Source: a virus (lineage: Duplodnaviria > Caudoviricetes). From it: 38,112 bases of DNA. The notes under the pieces are model-generated. The model did not search any database and had not been told where the DNA came from. It saw only the letters and a program-made list of their open reading frames with translations. Location of the stretch: positions 1 to 38,112 of IMG/VR virus record IMGVR_UViG_3300037478_000244; one strand, 5' to 3'. This document shows positions 34,934-38,112 of this stretch, piece after piece (position 1 is the first letter of the stretch; every line of letters begins with the position of its first letter). The translations under genes and the position numbers were made by a program.

Positions 34934-36697
34934 CTACGCCCCGACGCCCGAGAGCACGCGATCGAGCACGGTGTCGCCCTGGCCGATCGGGATCTGCCCG
35001 ACGCCCTGCGCCGCGCTCGCGAGATCCTTCGCGGTCGCCGCGCTCTGCGCCATGGCGGCCTGCTGCGCTTCGGCGGCCGCGGCTTCCTCGGCTTCCTCGG
35101 TCGGCACGACGGTGTTCGGGTCGACGCCGAGCATGTCCGCGTAGTTGTCGGCCATGCGCATCACGTCGATCTTGTGGCGCAGCTCCGGGTGCGGCTCGTA
35201 GAGCGGCAGCATCGTCTGCAGGAACCGGTCCTGGCCGACGACGCCGACCAGCTTCTGCGCCTGGTGCATGATGCTGATGTACTCGACGCGCAGCGTCACG
35301 CCCTGCAGCTCCTCGGGCGGCGGCGGAATGAGCCCGGCATCATCCATCAGGTCGTAACAGCGATCGATCAGCGGATCGTGCAGCTCGTCCTTCGAGCGCT
35401 CGATGACCGGCCCGAGCGCAAGCAGCTTCTCTTCGTGGCGCTCCTCGACTTCGCGCGCGGTGATCGGCTGGCTGCCGCGCTGCGGGTCGCTCTGCGCCAG
35501 CATCAGGAACAAGTCTTCGTAGTACGCGCGCTGGATCCGGTACTGCACCTCGCGGATGTCCATGACCAGGTGCTCGAAGTTGATCCCGATCTCGTGGATC
35601 GAGCGCAAGCCGCTCATGCCCTCCCGCTGGTCGACGTAGGTGACGTCTCCGGGGAGCAGCGACGTCTTCTGCGTCTTCAGGGCTGTCGGCCCGACCAGCG
35701 GGGGGTCAACCATTTTCGCGAGCGCCTGGGCCTTCTTGCGCTGCATGAGCTGGAGCTGCTTCGCGTCGCCGAGCGCGATCATGCCGGGGCACTCCGTGCC
35801 GTACGTGTCTTCGCCGGTGATGTCCCACCGCGGCGCCAGGATCGGGAACGAGCGGAACCCGGACTCGCGCAGCACGCGGTCGCGTTGGTTGCCGTTCTGC
35901 CGGTCAACGTTGCGCTCGAAGTGGCAGCTCGTCCACGGCAGGTACTTGGCGTCGAGCCGCTCCGGGTCGGCTTCCGGGTTCGGCGCGATCGCGTGCATCA
36001 TCGGGATCGTGTGCTCGGTCGTGCCCTCGTCCCACAGGGCCTTCACCTCGGGACTGATGTGCTCCCAGGCGATGTCGTCGCCGACGTCGACCGGCTGTCC
36101 GTCGGGCCCGCCGTACTGCTCGACGATCTGCCGCACGGTCAGCTCGAACTCGCGAATGAACACGCTGGCGCGGCCGCGGCTGTCGAGCGCGAGTACGTAG
36201 CTGCCGATCGGGTACGTGTAGCAGCGCATCAGGTCGCGCGCATCCTCGATGACACACATCGCGGCCGTCCCGAACGTCCCCAGGTCGCCGTAGACGATCG
36301 GCAGCGCGTTGTACAGGTTGCTCTGCGCGAAGACGGCCGACATCCGCTGCGTCACTTCGTGCAGCCACTGCTTCACGGGCCCGAACTTCGCCAGCTCGGG
36401 GTCCGGTGTCCCGAGCTTGAACCAGGGGCGCGCCGGCGAGGTGAGCCCGGCGTGCATGCCGCTCTGCAGGGTGCGGTGCGCGAAGCTCGCGGTCGAGTCG
36501 ATGATCGACTGCCGGCGTTTGTCGCCGCGGTTGCGATCGGAGCTGGTGAACCGCACGCGCTTCGGGGAGATCCACTCGCCGAGTTCGCTCCAATGCGCAT
36601 CGTACGAGCTGCGGTCGCTGCGCAGCATCGTGAAGAGCGTCTCGTAGTAGTCCCGCTTGCTCTTGCCTCCGTACGGGGCGTAGGTGCGGCCAGGCAT
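34934..36697 (-). CDS. Portal protein (head-to-tail connector)
   Basis: IDSTA..A...L.SGM..GLTSPARPWFKL, SNLY, DL.TFGTA, TAREV.ER.EEKL..LGPV. Confidence 0.95.
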   Translation of the reverse strand: MPGRTYAPYGGKSKRDYYETLFTMLRSDRSSYDAHWSELGEWISPKRVRFTSSDRNRGDKRRQSIIDSTASFAHRTLQSGMHAGLTSPARPWFKLGTPDPELAKFGPVKQWLHEVTQRMSAVFAQSNLYNALPIVYGDLGTFGTAAMCVIEDARDLMRCYTYPIGSYVLALDSRGRASVFIREFELTVRQIVEQYGGPDGQPVDVGDDIAWEHISPEVKALWDEGTTEHTIPMMHAIAPNPEADPERLDAKYLPWTSCHFERNVDRQNGNQRDRVLRESGFRSFPILAPRWDITGEDTYGTECPGMIALGDAKQLQLMQRKKAQALAKMVDPPLVGPTALKTQKTSLLPGDVTYVDQREGMSGLRSIHEIGINFEHLVMDIREVQYRIQRAYYEDLFLMLAQSDPQRGSQPITAREVEERHEEKLLALGPVIERSKDELHDPLIDRCYDLMDDAGLIPPPPEELQGVTLRVEYISIMHQAQKLVGVVGQDRFLQTMLPLYEPHPELRHKIDVMRMADNYADMLGVDPNTVVPTEEAEEAAAAEAQQAAMAQSAATAKDLASAAQGVGQIPIGQGDTVLDRVLSGVGA

Positions 36698-36703
36698 CGA
36701 CCG

Positions 36704-37153
36704 TCAGTACCCGCCGCCGACGAGTGCCGTCTTGCGCAGCACCGCCGTCGGGTTCGGCGCACCGCCAGGTCGCAGCCGGGTGAGCGCGGAGCTGCCGGCG
36801 CCTCGCTTCCGCACGCGCAGGGCGGCGGCGCGCGCAGCGGCCGCGGCATCGGCCCCGAGCGCCGGCGGGGGCTCCGGGATCGCGGCGCCGATCAGATCGG
36901 TGCGGGGGACCGCGGTGCCGGTCTGCTCACGGCCCTGGCGCGGACGGGAGCCGCTGCGATCGCGGCCGAACGGCCCGGGCCGCGGCGCCCCAGGCTGTTG
37001 ACCGCTGGCCGGCGGGCGCCGTCGACCGAACGCGCCACGAGGCGACGGGTCAGCGGCCGCCGGCGTGTTGCCGGTCGCGCGAGCGGAAGCGGAGCTGCCG
37101 GTACGCTTTGCCACGTCGTCACTGCCTCCGAACAGCGCGCTGAAGACGGCCAT
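36704..37153 (-). CDS. Small basic low-complexity protein before the portal
   Basis: GAGG RBS; ends KTALVGGGY like small pre-portal proteins of this phage type. Confidence 0.55.
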   Translation of the reverse strand: MAVFSALFGGSDDVAKRTGSSASARATGNTPAAADPSPRGAFGRRRPPASGQQPGAPRPGPFGRDRSGSRPRQGREQTGTAVPRTDLIGAAIPEPPPALGADAAAAARAAALRVRKRGAGSSALTRLRPGGAPNPTAVLRKTALVGGGY

Positions 37154-37649
37154 CGAGATCGCCCTCGCTCACCTCGATCACCTTCGGCTCCGTGCGCGTG
37201 GGCCGAGCCAACATCCGCATGAACGCGGTCTCGACTCTCGTGTACTGCCGCTTGCGTTCGAGTAGGACGCCCACCGGGCTGTCGGCGGGCGCGAGCATTT
37301 TAACCAGAACCGCCCCATTAGTGGTAGCGAACTCTTCCATAGCATCGAGCAGCAGCGTACCGACGCCGCTCGGACGCGCCGGTTTCTCGACGAACCAGAT
37401 CACTTCTTCGAGGTACGGCCAGCCGGTCAGCATGTGCTCAACGATCACGCCCGCGATCATGCCGACGACGCGATCGGTGTCGTCGACGGCGCACCAGATC
37501 GCCCCGCGCTCGACCACGACGTCGAACAGCCGTTCGAGGTGGCCCGGCTTCGGCGGGAACATCATCCCGTACGGCGTCAGCTCCAGGAACTCGCGCGTGA
37601 GTTCGAGCAGCCGCTCGCGATCGCCAGGTTCTGCAACGCGGATGATCAT
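37119..37649 (-). CDS. GNAT-family acetyltransferase
   Basis: MIIRVAEPGD, VVGMI, WFVEKPARPSGVGTLLL..MEEFA...GA acetyl-CoA-binding motif. Confidence 0.85.
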   Translation of the reverse strand: MIIRVAEPGDRERLLELTREFLELTPYGMMFPPKPGHLERLFDVVVERGAIWCAVDDTDRVVGMIAGVIVEHMLTGWPYLEEVIWFVEKPARPSGVGTLLLDAMEEFATTNGAVLVKMLAPADSPVGVLLERKRQYTRVETAFMRMLARPTRTEPKVIEVSEGDLDGRLQRAVRRQ

Positions 37650-38112
37650 CAGCCCTCCACATCATCGAGTGTCGTGGCGCGGCCGATGCCGGCGCGCTCG
37701 CGACTGCTCTGGCGCGCGTCAGGATCATCCATCGTGCGCGCACGTGGGCCGCCACGCACCGACGACATCGACGCCGACGCCGGCATGTCGGGGATCGCGA
37801 ACGTCTGCATCAGCGCGTCGGCCTTGTCCGGGGAGCGCCCGAGCCGCGCCTTGATCTGATCCTTCGGCTCGATGACGAACGCGCCCTGGTCGAACGTGTA
37901 GGTGATCGCGGTCATCTCGCCGATCAGCTCGCGGTCGTCGGGGAGCTTGCCGCCGCGCTTCAGCCACTTCGAGCCCTCGATATACATCTCCGCGCGCCGG
38001 TTCTTGTAGCGCGGATGGTTCGCCTTCGCGTGGTAGACGAGCGGCAAGTACGGGATGCCGGCGACGTCGAGCTGATCGATCACGCCGTGGCCCCAGTGCC
38101 CGGTGTCGTCGA
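37649..38112 (-). CDS. Terminase large subunit, C-terminal nuclease domain (partial)
   Basis: DDTGHWGHGVIDQL, Y.N.RAEM, IE.KD.IK.RLGRSPD.ADAL..TFA. Confidence 0.92.
   Translation of the reverse strand, partial: DDTGHWGHGVIDQLDVAGIPYLPLVYHAKANHPRYKNRRAEMYIEGSKWLKRGGKLPDDRELIGEMTAITYTFDQGAFVIEPKDQIKARLGRSPDKADALMQTFAIPDMPASASMSSVRGGPRARTMDDPDARQSSRERAGIGRATTLDDVEG

Noticed and set aside
29524-37222. Long + strand ORFs (e.g. 29524-31893, 34526-37222, also 17187-18779)
   Set aside because: Antisense shadows of GC3-biased - strand genes; no motifs or RBS
1-38112. Integrase, DNA/RNA polymerase, tRNA or rRNA genes
   Set aside because: No supporting motifs seen; lifestyle and host cannot be fixed from this window

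Overview
High-GC dsDNA phage (or prophage) segment with essentially all genes on the - strand and a BPP-1/T7-like podovirus morphogenesis layout. Read in transcription order (right to left): terminase large subunit (partial), GNAT, portal, scaffold, major capsid, cement, tail adaptor fused to a large extension, tail nozzle, ejection proteins including a 3033-aa polyvalent protein, tail fibre, and a lysis cassette (M15 peptidase, holins, glycoside hydrolase). These are followed by an early region (ERF recombinase, PD-(D/E)XK nuclease, HNH, DUF932, small ORFs) driven by four look-alike promoters, a structured ~310-nt intergenic region, and DnaB (partial). The most striking observation is in the giant ejection protein. 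It carries an HhH-GPD glycosylase-like domain and a possible SAM-lyase-like domain, and each is followed immediately by a short +1-frame overprinted gene with its own strong RBS, suggesting nested effector/inhibitor pairs. Family assignments come from recognising motifs by eye; no database searches were run.
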